Positions 9,836 to 18,934 of a stretch of DNA of 64,000 nt are shown in pieces. Source of the stretch: an uncultured Gemmatimonadales bacterium (GTDB lineage Bacteria > Gemmatimonadota > Gemmatimonadetes > Gemmatimonadales > GWC2-71-9); NCBI GenBank assembly GCA_963779755.1, contig CAVZZO010000003.1:1756782-1820781 (forward strand), in the 5' to 3' direction. Below the pieces are notes generated by a model. It was not told where the DNA came from, did not search any database, and was given only the letters and a program-made list of their open reading frames with translations. A program made the position numbers and the translations under genes. Each line of letters opens with the position of its first letter. The first letter of the stretch is position 1.

Positions 9836-10561
9836 TTACATCTTCTTCGGCGGCAACAGCACCGCGTCAATCACGTGAATGATGCCGTTACTGGCCGGCA
9901 CGTCGGCGGCGATCACGTTGGCGGACTTGTCGCCCACATGGACCTTGTCACCCGCCAGGTGAATCCGCAGATCACTCCCCTGCACCGTCTTGAGCGTCAC
10001 GTACCCGTCCTTGTCTGCCCGGGTCTTGAGGTCGGCGGCGGTGAGGCGGCCGGCCACTACATGATAGGTCAGCACTGAAGTCAGCGCGGCCTTGTCCTGG
10101 AGCAGCCCGGCCAGAGTGCCTTCCGGCAGCTTCGCAAAGGCGGAGTCGGTCGGCGCAAAAACGGTGAACGGTCCGGCGCTGTTAAGCGTCTCCACCAGGC
10201 CGGCCGCGGTCACCGCGGTCACCAGCGTATTGAACTGGCCCGCCCCCACCGCGGTCTCTACGATCGTTCCGGGCGGCGCCATGTCCGGCATCTGCGCCTG
10301 CGCCGGCGTCACTGCAACCAGCGCCAGCAGGGCCGCGGCTGCCATCGCTGGGGCGCGTCTCATCCAGCGCTGCTGAATCGCCTTCCACTGGAACACCTGC
10401 CAGACCGCCGAAACACCCACCAGCAGATACACGACCCGGCTCAGGGCGCTGCCGGTGCCGAAGAGCGCGCCCACCACATCAGGCCCGCCCGCCCCGATCA
10501 GCCCCCAGTTCAGACCGCCAATCACTAACAGCACGGCGGCCAGGATATCGAGCTTCTTCAT
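9836..10561 (-). CDS. DUF378-fasciclin (FAS1) fusion protein
   Basis: N-terminal [13 protein letters not shown] (DUF378); C-terminal [13 protein letters not shown] and [14 protein letters not shown] (FAS1). Confidence 0.85.
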   Translation of the reverse strand: MKKLDILAAVLLVIGGLNWGLIGAGGPDVVGALFGTGSALSRVVYLLVGVSAVWQVFQWKAIQQRWMRRAPAMAAAALLALVAVTPAQAQMPDMAPPGTIVETAVGAGQFNTLVTAVTAAGLVETLNSAGPFTVFAPTDSAFAKLPEGTLAGLLQDKAALTSVLTYHVVAGRLTAADLKTRADKDGYVTLKTVQGSDLRIHLAGDKVHVGDKSANVIAADVPASNGIIHVIDAVLLPPKKM

Positions 10562-10580
10562 GATTACAGCCCCCTTTTTG

Positions 10581-10689
10581 TGGTAAACGTTCGTCTAGCT
10601 CCTGTCCAAGAAACTAAGCCGAGTAGCTGGTAATGTCAAGCATTTGTTTAACTATTTAGCTTGACATGAGTTAGACGGCAGCGTATTAT
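10581..10689. promoter_or_regulatory. Divergent sigma70-like promoters with CarH-type 11-bp-spaced operator repeats
   Basis: Minus strand TTGACA-N17-TAGTTT (10639-10611); plus strand TTGACA-N17-TATTAT (10661-10689); TnnAC(A/G) pairs at 11-bp spacing. Confidence 0.65.
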
Positions 10690-10696
10690 TGCCACC

Positions 10697-11641
10697 ATGA
10701 ACGACATGCCAACATCCGACCGTCTGTTGCCCCGGCATCCCGTCCGCGTGGTGGCCAACCGCAGCGGCCTCTCACCCCACGTGCTCCGGGCCTGGGAGCG
10801 GCGCTATGGCGTGGTCGTGCCGACCCGCAGCGAGGGAGGGCAGCGGCTCTATAGTGATGAGGACCTCGAGCGGCTCACCCTGCTCCACGGCCTCACCGCC
10901 GACGGCGCCGCCATCAGCCAGGTGGCCCGACTCCCCCTGGCCGAGCTGCGCCGGCTGGCCCTGGCGCGCCCGGCCCATGAGGCCGCGACCGATGGCGAGG
11001 ACCTGGCCGCGGCGCGCACGGCTGCGCTTGAAGCGGCGCAGGCACTCGACGCCGCCCGGCTCCGGCGCATGCTGGAGCGGGGCGCCGTCGTGCTGGGAGT
11101 CCCCACGTTGCTGGAAGAGGTGGTGGGTCCGCTGCTGGTGCAGATCGGTGAGCTGTGGCATGCCGGCCGGATGACCATCGCCCAGGAGCACTTCGCAACC
11201 GCGGTGGTGCGCCGGATGCTGGGCTGGATCTTCGAAATGGCCCAACCCGACACCTCGGCACCGGTGCTGCTATCGGCGACGCCCGAGGGCCAGATCCACG
11301 AGGGTGGAGCCCTGCTCGCCGCCGCCACGGCGGCCGGAGCGGGGTGGCGGGTGATCTACCTGGGCGCCGCGCTCCCCGCCGCCGAAATCGCCCGGGCCGC
11401 GGCAGGCACCGCGGCGCGGGTGGTGGCGCTGAGTCTGGTCTATCCTGCTGCTCTCCCGGAGACCGCCCGGGAGATTCGTGCCTTGCGTGCGGCCCTCCCC
11501 GCCGGCACCATCCTGCTGGTGGGCGGCAGCGCCGCCCCCGGGTATGCCGAAGAGATCGCGGAAGCCGGGGGGCAGGTCATCGCCGACCTGCCCGGCCTGC
11601 GCGCCGCGCTGCATACGCTGCGGAATGGCGCGCGGCCGTGA
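10697..11641 (+). CDS. MerR-family cobalamin-binding regulator, CarH/LitR-like
   Basis: LRAWERRY MerR HTH, W-x9-EH (WHAGRMTIAQEH), QIHEGG, YLGA B12-binding domain. Confidence 0.88.
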   Translation: MNDMPTSDRLLPRHPVRVVANRSGLSPHVLRAWERRYGVVVPTRSEGGQRLYSDEDLERLTLLHGLTADGAAISQVARLPLAELRRLALARPAHEAATDGEDLAAARTAALEAAQALDAARLRRMLERGAVVLGVPTLLEEVVGPLLVQIGELWHAGRMTIAQEHFATAVVRRMLGWIFEMAQPDTSAPVLLSATPEGQIHEGGALLAAATAAGAGWRVIYLGAALPAAEIARAAAGTAARVVALSLVYPAALPETAREIRALRAALPAGTILLVGGSAAPGYAEEIAEAGGQVIADLPGLRAALHTLRNGARP

Positions 11642-13104
11642 CCACTTCCCGCCTGGTCCTGCTCACCGGTGCCACCGGTTACGTGGGCGGCCGGCTGCGC
11701 GCCGCACTCGAAACGCAGGGGCGCCCGCTCCGGTGCATGACCCGCCGTCCGGAACACCTGCGCCCCAGGGTGGCAGCGGCTACCGAGGTGGTGGCCGGCG
11801 ATGTCCTGAACCCCTCCTCGTTGCCGGCCGCCCTGGCGGGGGTGGATACGGCGTACTACCTGGTCCACTCGATGGAGACGGCCGGCTCGTTCAGCGAGGC
11901 CGACCGCGCCGGCGCTCGCAACTTCGCGCAGGCCGCCCGCAACGCCGGCGTGCGGCGCGTGATCTATCTGGGAGGACTGGGCCGGGGCGAGGCGCTCTCC
12001 ACTCACCTGGACAGCCGGCAGGAGGTGGGCCGCATTCTGCGGGACGAGGGCGTGGACACGATCGAGCTGCGCGCCTCGATCATCATCGGCTCCGGGAGCG
12101 TCTCGTTCGAGATGATCCGCGCGCTGGTGGAGACGCTGCCGGTCATGGTGACGCCCCGCTGGGTGGGGACCCTCACCCAGCCCATCGCGATCGAAGACGT
12201 GATCGCCTATCTGATCGAGGCGCTGGGTCTGGAGCGCGCCGGGAGCACCATCTTCGAGATCGGGGGCCCCGACCGGGTGTCCTACGGCGGCCTGATGCGG
12301 GAGTACGCCCGGCAGCGGGGGCTCACCCGGTACTTCATTCCCGTCCCCGTGTTGACCCCGCGCCTCTCCAGCCTCTGGCTCCGGCTGGTAACGCCGCTCT
12401 ACGCCCGGGTGGGTCGCGCGCTGATCGAGGGGCTGCGCAACGAGACGGTGGTGCACGACGAGGCCGGGCTGCGCACCTTCAGTATCACGCCGCTGGGGAT
12501 GGCCGCCGCCGTCGCCCGGGCCTTGGTGAACGAGGACCAGGCCTTCGCCGCCACCCGCTGGTCGGATGCGTGGCCGGCAGCCGGCTTCCGCCGTGGCTGG
12601 GGCGGCGTGCGCTTCGGCACCCGGCTGGTGGATTCCCGGTGTGCCGCCGTGGCGTGCGATCCCGCCGCTGCCTTTGCGCCGGTCCGGCGGATCGGCGGCG
12701 ACACCGGCTGGTATAACGCCGGCTTTCTCTGGCGACTGCGCGGCTGGCTCGACCTGCTGGTGGGCGGTCCCGGCATGCGCCGCGGCCGGCGCGATCCGGA
12801 GCACCTGCAGCCCGGCGACACCCTGGACTTCTGGCGGGTGGAGACCTGCGAACCCGACCGGCTGCTAAGGCTCGCCGCCGAGATGCGGCTGCCGGGCCGG
12901 GCGTGGCTGCAGTTCGAGGTGAGCCCGAACGGCCGGGGCAGTACCATCCGCCAGACCGCCATCTTCGATCCCGCCGGGCTGGCGGGGCAGCTCTACTGGT
13001 ACGGGCTCTGGCCGCTGCACCAGCTGGTGTTCGGGGGAATGCTGAAGGCGGTGGCCCGGGAGGCGATGGCTCAGGCCGTTCCCGCCGCCGGATCCTGCCG
13101 GTAG
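11638..13104 (+). CDS. Atypical SDR oxidoreductase with DUF2867 domain (YbjT-like)
   Basis: TGATGYVGG, AYYLVHSM, RIGGDTGWY, AEMRLPGRAWL; GTGA overlap with upstream gene. Confidence 0.88.
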   Translation: MTTSRLVLLTGATGYVGGRLRAALETQGRPLRCMTRRPEHLRPRVAAATEVVAGDVLNPSSLPAALAGVDTAYYLVHSMETAGSFSEADRAGARNFAQAARNAGVRRVIYLGGLGRGEALSTHLDSRQEVGRILRDEGVDTIELRASIIIGSGSVSFEMIRALVETLPVMVTPRWVGTLTQPIAIEDVIAYLIEALGLERAGSTIFEIGGPDRVSYGGLMREYARQRGLTRYFIPVPVLTPRLSSLWLRLVTPLYARVGRALIEGLRNETVVHDEAGLRTFSITPLGMAAAVARALVNEDQAFAATRWSDAWPAAGFRRGWGGVRFGTRLVDSRCAAVACDPAAAFAPVRRIGGDTGWYNAGFLWRLRGWLDLLVGGPGMRRGRRDPEHLQPGDTLDFWRVETCEPDRLLRLAAEMRLPGRAWLQFEVSPNGRGSTIRQTAIFDPAGLAGQLYWYGLWPLHQLVFGGMLKAVAREAMAQAVPAAGSCR

Positions 13105-13922
13105 ATCCCACGCAACTGGCGGTACAGTTCCTCGTACTCCGCTTTCAGCTCCTTCGGCCGTTCGAAGAACGCCTCGGTGGCCACCGCGAAGAACTCCGAG
13201 GGGTTGGTGGCGCCATACGGGTCGAGCACCGAGTCCGCATGGCCGGCCACCGCAATACAGTGCCGGTCATAACTCTCTCCCAGGATGCGCCGCCACTCCG
13301 GCCGGTCGGCCCCGCTTGAGGGCGCCAGCAGGCTTCCCTGCTCCGTCAGATGAAGCTGGAAGTTGATGAGATGGGCAAACTCGTGGATCACCACATTGTG
13401 CCCGTCGGAGGAATCTCCCCCTCCCAGCATGGCGGCATCCCAGGCGATCACCACGTTGCCGTTGTTCCATGCTTCGCCCAGTTCGCCCAGCGGCGGCTCC
13501 GGGACGCTGCCGCCGTGCCACTTGCGGGGGTCGGGTGCGCGTTCCGCGAGGAACGCCGAAGGATAGACCAGCACCGTCCGCAGCCCCGGGTAGGCCTCGC
13601 CCGGCATCTCCAGGGTGAGCAGACACGCCTGAGTGGCGATAACCAGCTGCATATCCCGGGTGAGGGTGAGCCCGCCGGCGCCCGCCCAGTCGCACCCCGC
13701 CATCAGATCGCGCGCCGCCTGCAGCAGCCGTTCCCGCTGGCCGGCGGAGAGCGCCCGCACCGCGGCCACCTTCTCCCCCACACCGCTGATCCATGCCTGG
13801 GGCATCGGTTCGCGGTATTCGCGCACAGCTCGCCGGACCACCAACCGGCGGATCGGCGGGCCCAGGAGATACAGAGCGGCGCCGAAGAAGAGGGCGACGA
13901 GAAGGGCGAGGAACCAGGCCAT
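13071..13922 (-). CDS. MtfA-like (M90) zinc peptidase
   Basis: NVVIHEFAH, YGATNPSEFFAVATEAFFE. Confidence 0.88.
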   Translation of the reverse strand: MAWFLALLVALFFGAALYLLGPPIRRLVVRRAVREYREPMPQAWISGVGEKVAAVRALSAGQRERLLQAARDLMAGCDWAGAGGLTLTRDMQLVIATQACLLTLEMPGEAYPGLRTVLVYPSAFLAERAPDPRKWHGGSVPEPPLGELGEAWNNGNVVIAWDAAMLGGGDSSDGHNVVIHEFAHLINFQLHLTEQGSLLAPSSGADRPEWRRILGESYDRHCIAVAGHADSVLDPYGATNPSEFFAVATEAFFERPKELKAEYEELYRQLRGIYRQDPAAGTA

Positions 13923-13989
13923 GGAGAGGAGCCGGGAGCCGGGAGTCGGGAGTGAAGGGTTTCAGTCCAGGGCCGGCAAGGACGCCGGC

Positions 13990-14289
13990 TCAGCGATACA
14001 GTATGCTCACGCTTTCGATGTGTTCCGACAGATGGCGGTCCAGGTATCCGATGAACGACTGCAGCAACTGCCACTCCGACTCCTCCGGACTGACCACCTC
14101 GGCGACGAGAATGCCTCCGGGCACCGACTCCCACTTGATCGAGCCTTTGTAGGTCTTGTGCTGCCACCTGCCCGGTGCTTTCCGGAAGAAGGTCGTCCGG
14201 GACCCGCGCAGTTCTCTTTCCTTGGCATTGAGCAGGGACTTGAGTCGCCCTTCGATGTCCCGGCGAGGTACCACCTGCAAGATCTTCAT
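13990..14289 (-). CDS. Hypothetical protein, 99 aa
   Basis: Protein-like composition; AAGGAG-like RBS upstream of ATG 14289. Confidence 0.65.
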   Translation of the reverse strand: MKILQVVPRRDIEGRLKSLLNAKERELRGSRTTFFRKAPGRWQHKTYKGSIKWESVPGGILVAEVVSPEESEWQLLQSFIGYLDRHLSEHIESVSILYR

Positions 14290-14475
14290 TCGGAAGCTCC
14301 TTTGCAGTACGGGTGACCCGGGTATTCCGGCGGCGGCATGGGATTGCTCAAGTCTTTCACGGAAATCCTGTTGCGCAAGCACCTTTCGGGTCATATTCGG
14401 CATGCGGTGGAGCCTCTGATCCGGTGCTCGGGCCGTTCCGTTTCTATTATCATTAGCCCCAACCCCCGGCCATCC

Positions 14476-15297
14476 ATGCCTGCTGATCAAGCCACCAGGG
14501 CGCTGCGCTTCCAGGCGCTCCATGCCCGCCCCGCCGCGTTCATCATCCCCAACCCCTGGGACGCCGGGTCGGCCCGGATTCTCCAGTCCCTGGGATTCGA
14601 AGCGCTCACCACCACCAGCGCCGGAGCGGCCTTCGCGCTGGGAAAGCGGGACGGGGAGATGACCCGGGCCGAAGCACTGGCCAACGCGAAGATGATCGTA
14701 GACGCCACCGACCTGCCGGTCGCGGCCGACCTGGAAAACGGCTACGGCGATACGCCCGGCGACGCGGCCGATACGATCCGCCGGGCGGCCCAGGCCGGGC
14801 TGGTGGGAGGGTCGATCGAGGACTTCAGCCGCGACCGGGCCCGGCCGATCTATGATCTCCAGCATGCCACGGAGCGCATCGCCGCCGCCGCCGAGGCGGC
14901 GCACGCGTTGCCTTTCCCCTTCATGCTGGTGGGGCGGGCGGAGAACTTCCTGCACGGCCGGCCCGATCTGGACGACACTATCCGGCGGCTCCAGGCGTAC
15001 GAAGCCGCCGGCGCCGACGCGCTCTTCGCTCCCGGCCTCACTACGGAAGCACAGATTCGTACGGTCTGTGCGTCGGTGACCAGGCCGGTGAACGTGGTCA
15101 TGGGCCTGCGCGGCTCGCCCCTCTCGGTTGCCCGGCTCGCCGAGCTGGGCGTGCGGCGGATCAGCCTGGGCTCGACCCTGGCCCGAGCGGCCCTCGGCGC
15201 CCTCATTGGTGCGGGGCGTGAAATGATGGACGAGGGAACGTTCACCTTTGCCGAAGCGGCGCTGCCATTCGCTGAGGCGAGCGCGCTCATGGCCTGA
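14476..15297 (+). CDS. Isocitrate lyase/PEP mutase family protein
   Basis: PNPWDAGSA, DLENGYG, GGSIED, AGADALFAPG. Confidence 0.9.
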   Translation: MPADQATRALRFQALHARPAAFIIPNPWDAGSARILQSLGFEALTTTSAGAAFALGKRDGEMTRAEALANAKMIVDATDLPVAADLENGYGDTPGDAADTIRRAAQAGLVGGSIEDFSRDRARPIYDLQHATERIAAAAEAAHALPFPFMLVGRAENFLHGRPDLDDTIRRLQAYEAAGADALFAPGLTTEAQIRTVCASVTRPVNVVMGLRGSPLSVARLAELGVRRISLGSTLARAALGALIGAGREMMDEGTFTFAEAALPFAEASALMA

Positions 15298-15364
15298 GGC
15301 GCGAATTGTTCGCCTGCGCGAGGGGCATTATGCTCCACCCGACTTGCCCCTGCGAACGAACACC

Positions 15365-17386
15365 GTGAATCCCTCTGCCCTGCGCTCCTCCCGCATCTGG
15401 CTTCCGGCCGCCCTGGCCCAATTCATCGTCGCTATCCCCGCCCTGGGGCAGTCCTCTGCCCCGTACCCGTTGGGCGAAATCGTCGTCTCGGCCGAGCGCC
15501 CGGTGTCGGAAGCGGCCAGCACGGTGCGGACCATCAGCCAGGCTGAGATCGAGGCGCTGGGTGCCCGCAACCTGGACGAGGCGCTGCGGCTGGTGCCCGG
15601 CCTGATCGTCCGCCACGGCGCCGACGGCACGCCGAGGGTGGACATGCGCGGGTTCCGCACCCGGCAGGTCACCCTGCTCCTCAACGGGATCCCGTTCAAC
15701 GCCACGGACGACGGACAGTTCGACCCCGGCCTCATCCCGGTGGAAGAGATCGCGGCCATCAAGGTGACGGGCGGCACCGGATCGGTCCTTTACGGCCAGG
15801 GCGGGCTGGGTGGAGTGATCAACGTGATCACTCCCGGGGGTGGCGGCCCTTCCCACGCCTCGCTCCGCGCGGAGGCGCGCCAGACGGGCAGCCAACTGGC
15901 CCGGGGAACCGTGTCCACCGGCCATGGCCGGCTGTCGTTCTTCGCCTCGGGCAGCGTGCTGCACTCGAACCTCTATCCTTCCTGGAACGCCTCGCCCACA
16001 CTCGAACCGGTGTCGCCGGTCCGACGGATCAACAGCGACCGCGAGCGTACCAACGGCTTCCTCCAGGCCGGCTACGAGCTGGGGCATCGCGGCAGGCTCG
16101 GGCTCACGCTCAACTCGGTTACCGGCTATCAGGGAAAGCCGCCCAGCATCGTTGACGATCCCGCCGACCCGTTTGCCAACCGGGTGGTGTATGATCGGAT
16201 CGGTCGTCTGACGGGATTTGCCGCCCAGGTGGGCGGGAGCTATGACTTCTCCCCCGGCTGGGGCGTCCGCGCCTGGGCCTTCCGCAATCTCCAGCGCGAC
16301 ACCACGACCCGCTACGCTGATGCAACCCTGGACCCGGCCACGGTCCTCGCCGCCGCGGGCACCTCCCGCGATTTTACCCGCACCGTGCTCGCCGGCGGCG
16401 GCGCCCAGATCCGTCTGGGCATCGTTCCCCTGGGCCGCCTCACCCTCGGGCTCAACGCCGAACACGACGGCTGGCAACAGGAATCGCAGGCTGCGACCAG
16501 CGGCGGGGGCGGGGGCGGCGGTGGTGGTGGTGGGAGCGGCTCCGTCACCATTCAGAACACCGCCACCAGCGAGACGCTGGCCCATTACGGAGTGGCGCTG
16601 GAGTATCAGATACATCCCGTCCCGCGACTCGGTCTGGTGGCCGGAGCGCTGCACGGCTGGCTGGCGAGCGGCGGCGTCCGCCAGGAGGCGAACGGGTACT
16701 CGCTGGGGGCGGCGTATCAGCTCTCCCGCAACGATCGCCTCCGCGCCGATGTGGCTCACCGGTTTCGCTTTCCCACCCTGCGCCAGCTGTACGACCGCTC
16801 CTTCGGCAATCCGGCGCTGCGTGCGGAGGAGGCCGGCCTGTACGAGCTGGGTGCGGAACACCGGGTGGGCCGGGCCGGCTTTCTGGGACTGACGCTGTTC
16901 CAGACCGATGCCCGTGACTTCATCGAGCGCCTCGGGAGCGGCGGCTACGCCAATGCGGAACGCTATCGCTTCCGCGGGGTGGAGCTGACGGGCACGATAC
17001 AGCCGGTGCGGCGTGGTATTCTACGAGTGAGCTACGCCTTTCTCGATGCCGACAACCAGTCCGCCGGGGCCGGCGGCGCGACCCTGCAATACCGGCCCCG
17101 CCACCGGGTCACCGCCCTGGCGCGATATTCCGCGCCTTGGGGTAGCGCCGCCGCCCTCGATCTGGAATACGTGGCGGGAGAGGTCTATCTCCCGAGGCGG
17201 GGCTCGTTCGCCGCGCGCAATCTGCCGGACTTCGCCGTCGTGGGTATCCGGGTGGAGCAGCGGATCAGGCGCGTGCTCGGCATCTACGGCGGCGTGAATA
17301 ATCTGCTGGATCAGGCCTACGAAGAGGCCTACGGCTTCCCCGCGTCGCGGCGCACCGCCTATCTCGGGCTCGACGCCCGGATCTGA
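15365..17386 (+). CDS. TonB-dependent receptor
   Basis: Signal peptide, EIVVSA TonB box, plug motifs, GVNNLLD..Y C-terminus. Confidence 0.9.
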   Translation: MNPSALRSSRIWLPAALAQFIVAIPALGQSSAPYPLGEIVVSAERPVSEAASTVRTISQAEIEALGARNLDEALRLVPGLIVRHGADGTPRVDMRGFRTRQVTLLLNGIPFNATDDGQFDPGLIPVEEIAAIKVTGGTGSVLYGQGGLGGVINVITPGGGGPSHASLRAEARQTGSQLARGTVSTGHGRLSFFASGSVLHSNLYPSWNASPTLEPVSPVRRINSDRERTNGFLQAGYELGHRGRLGLTLNSVTGYQGKPPSIVDDPADPFANRVVYDRIGRLTGFAAQVGGSYDFSPGWGVRAWAFRNLQRDTTTRYADATLDPATVLAAAGTSRDFTRTVLAGGGAQIRLGIVPLGRLTLGLNAEHDGWQQESQAATSGGGGGGGGGGGSGSVTIQNTATSETLAHYGVALEYQIHPVPRLGLVAGALHGWLASGGVRQEANGYSLGAAYQLSRNDRLRADVAHRFRFPTLRQLYDRSFGNPALRAEEAGLYELGAEHRVGRAGFLGLTLFQTDARDFIERLGSGGYANAERYRFRGVELTGTIQPVRRGILRVSYAFLDADNQSAGAGGATLQYRPRHRVTALARYSAPWGSAAALDLEYVAGEVYLPRRGSFAARNLPDFAVVGIRVEQRIRRVLGIYGGVNNLLDQAYEEAYGFPASRRTAYLGLDARI

Positions 17387-17400
17387 GCCCGTCTCTCCTG

Positions 17401-18024
17401 ATGCCTACCCGGCCTCCCCACTCCCGCTCACTGGCGATTGACCCGCGGCTGCAGCAGGCGGCGCGGCTGCCTTCGCTGACCAAACATGCCGCGTCGCCGA
17501 TCTCGCTGATCGAGGCCGCGATTCTCTTCCTGGCCGGGAGCGCCGCCTCCGCCCTGACCAACCTGCTCCGGCTCCATCTGGGAGTTCCGGGAAGCAGCAT
17601 CGTGTACGCCGCCTTCCCGCTGGCGCTGGGGTTCGCCCTGGTGCCGCGTCGTGGAGCCGGATCGGTAATGACCGCCGCCGCCCTGCTGGCCAATGTGGCG
17701 TTTGCCCTGGCGGGCGCCCGGCTCGACGGTGTCGGCGCCCAGACCAGCCTGCTGCTCACCGGCCCGCTCCTCGATCTGGCGCTCCGCCGTTCCGCCGGCG
17801 GCTGGCGTCTCTATGCCGCGTTCATTGCCGCCTGCACCGGCAGTAACGCCGCGGCCTTCGTAGTGCGCGCCATGGCGCGGGCAGCGGGCCTGCACGGCAC
17901 CGGTATGGGAGGTGGGACTCTCGCTACCTGGTGGCCCCACGCGATCTGGACCTATGCCGCGGCCGGCCTGCTGGCGGGGCTCATCAGCGTAGCGGCCTGG
18001 TTTCAGCTCCGGCCTGCCCGGTGA
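17401..18024 (+). CDS. Multi-TM membrane protein, ECF S-component-like size
   Basis: About six hydrophobic segments; LHLGVPGSS motif; coupled to neighbours. Confidence 0.6.
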   Translation: MPTRPPHSRSLAIDPRLQQAARLPSLTKHAASPISLIEAAILFLAGSAASALTNLLRLHLGVPGSSIVYAAFPLALGFALVPRRGAGSVMTAAALLANVAFALAGARLDGVGAQTSLLLTGPLLDLALRRSAGGWRLYAAFIAACTGSNAAAFVVRAMARAAGLHGTGMGGGTLATWWPHAIWTYAAAGLLAGLISVAAWFQLRPAR

Positions 18025-18725
18025 TTTTTCTGGGCATTGACGACACCGACATGCCCGGTACGCCCGGCACCAACCAGCTGGCCCGCCGCCTCGCGGCGGT
18101 TCTCCCGGGCGGCTTCACCTGCAGCATGATTCTGCGGCACCAGCTGCTGGATGATCCGCGGGTGCCCTGTACCAGCAGGAACGGCTCCGCTTCGCTCGCG
18201 ATCATGCACCAGACAGGACGCGAACCCGATGAGCTGCTTCCCCTGGTCCGGGACACCATGCGGGAGTGGCTGGTGCCCGGGAGCGACCCGGGGTTCTGCC
18301 TGGGAACGGTGGTCCCCGCGATGGTGACCGCGTTCGGGCTCCGGTGCCAGCGGGAGCTGGTGACGCGGGAAGAGGCACGCGCGCTCGGCCGTGAAGCGGG
18401 ACTGCGTCTGGAAGGCCTGGGCGGCACCGAAGGCGGTGTCATCGGCGCACTCGCCGCCGTGGGGCTCCTGGCGGGAGGAAACGATGGGCGGGTGGTACAC
18501 CTGCCAGGATGGACCTGGCCGGACACTTTTGCGGGCTGGCAGCATTACGAGGATGTGAAGGAGCGGGGAGTGGAGGAGGTCCGTACCGGTGAAGGGGACA
18601 CGACGGTATTCGCCGGCATGATCCACATCGGCAAGCACCTGCGACCGAACTATCGCGACGGGCGGGTTGTGCTGTTCGTGGAGCCGGCGGGCGAAGGAAG
18701 GTGGCGGGCAGTCAGGAAACTCTAG
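18021..18725 (+). CDS. TiaS N-terminal-like (GIDDTD) protein
   Basis: IFLGIDDTD, RHQL..PRVPCTSRNGS, SDPG, GGVIGALAAVG. Confidence 0.75.
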   Translation: MIFLGIDDTDMPGTPGTNQLARRLAAVLPGGFTCSMILRHQLLDDPRVPCTSRNGSASLAIMHQTGREPDELLPLVRDTMREWLVPGSDPGFCLGTVVPAMVTAFGLRCQRELVTREEARALGREAGLRLEGLGGTEGGVIGALAAVGLLAGGNDGRVVHLPGWTWPDTFAGWQHYEDVKERGVEEVRTGEGDTTVFAGMIHIGKHLRPNYRDGRVVLFVEPAGEGRWRAVRKL

Positions 18726-18726
18726 A

Positions 18727-18773
18727 CCGAGCCGCTCACCACCCCGGCGCATGCCGGGGCGGTGGTGTGTCGG
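18727..18773 (+). terminator. Hairpin after the TonB operon
   Basis: CACCACCCCGGC..GCCGGGGCGGTG followed by a short T stretch. Confidence 0.5.
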
Positions 18774-18934
18774 AGTTTCTGCCACACTGTGGCGCAATCA
18801 CACGCTTGCGCTGCCGCCGGGTGCGCCTCACTTTATTGACACTACTCTCACCCCGACCCAGGTCTGTTTGCGGCAGCCATGGCCCTTGAGCCCAGGCTGT
18901 CTGCCTGCAGGCTTTTCCCTTGGTGCCGAGAGCC

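Noticed and set aside
8915..9882. ORFs across the 98-bp array
   Set aside because: The unit is not a multiple of 3, so frames shift and stop between copies
15298..15364. Cobalamin riboswitch upstream of the TonB receptor
   Set aside because: The gap is too short and no B12-box is visible, so the receptor is not called BtuB
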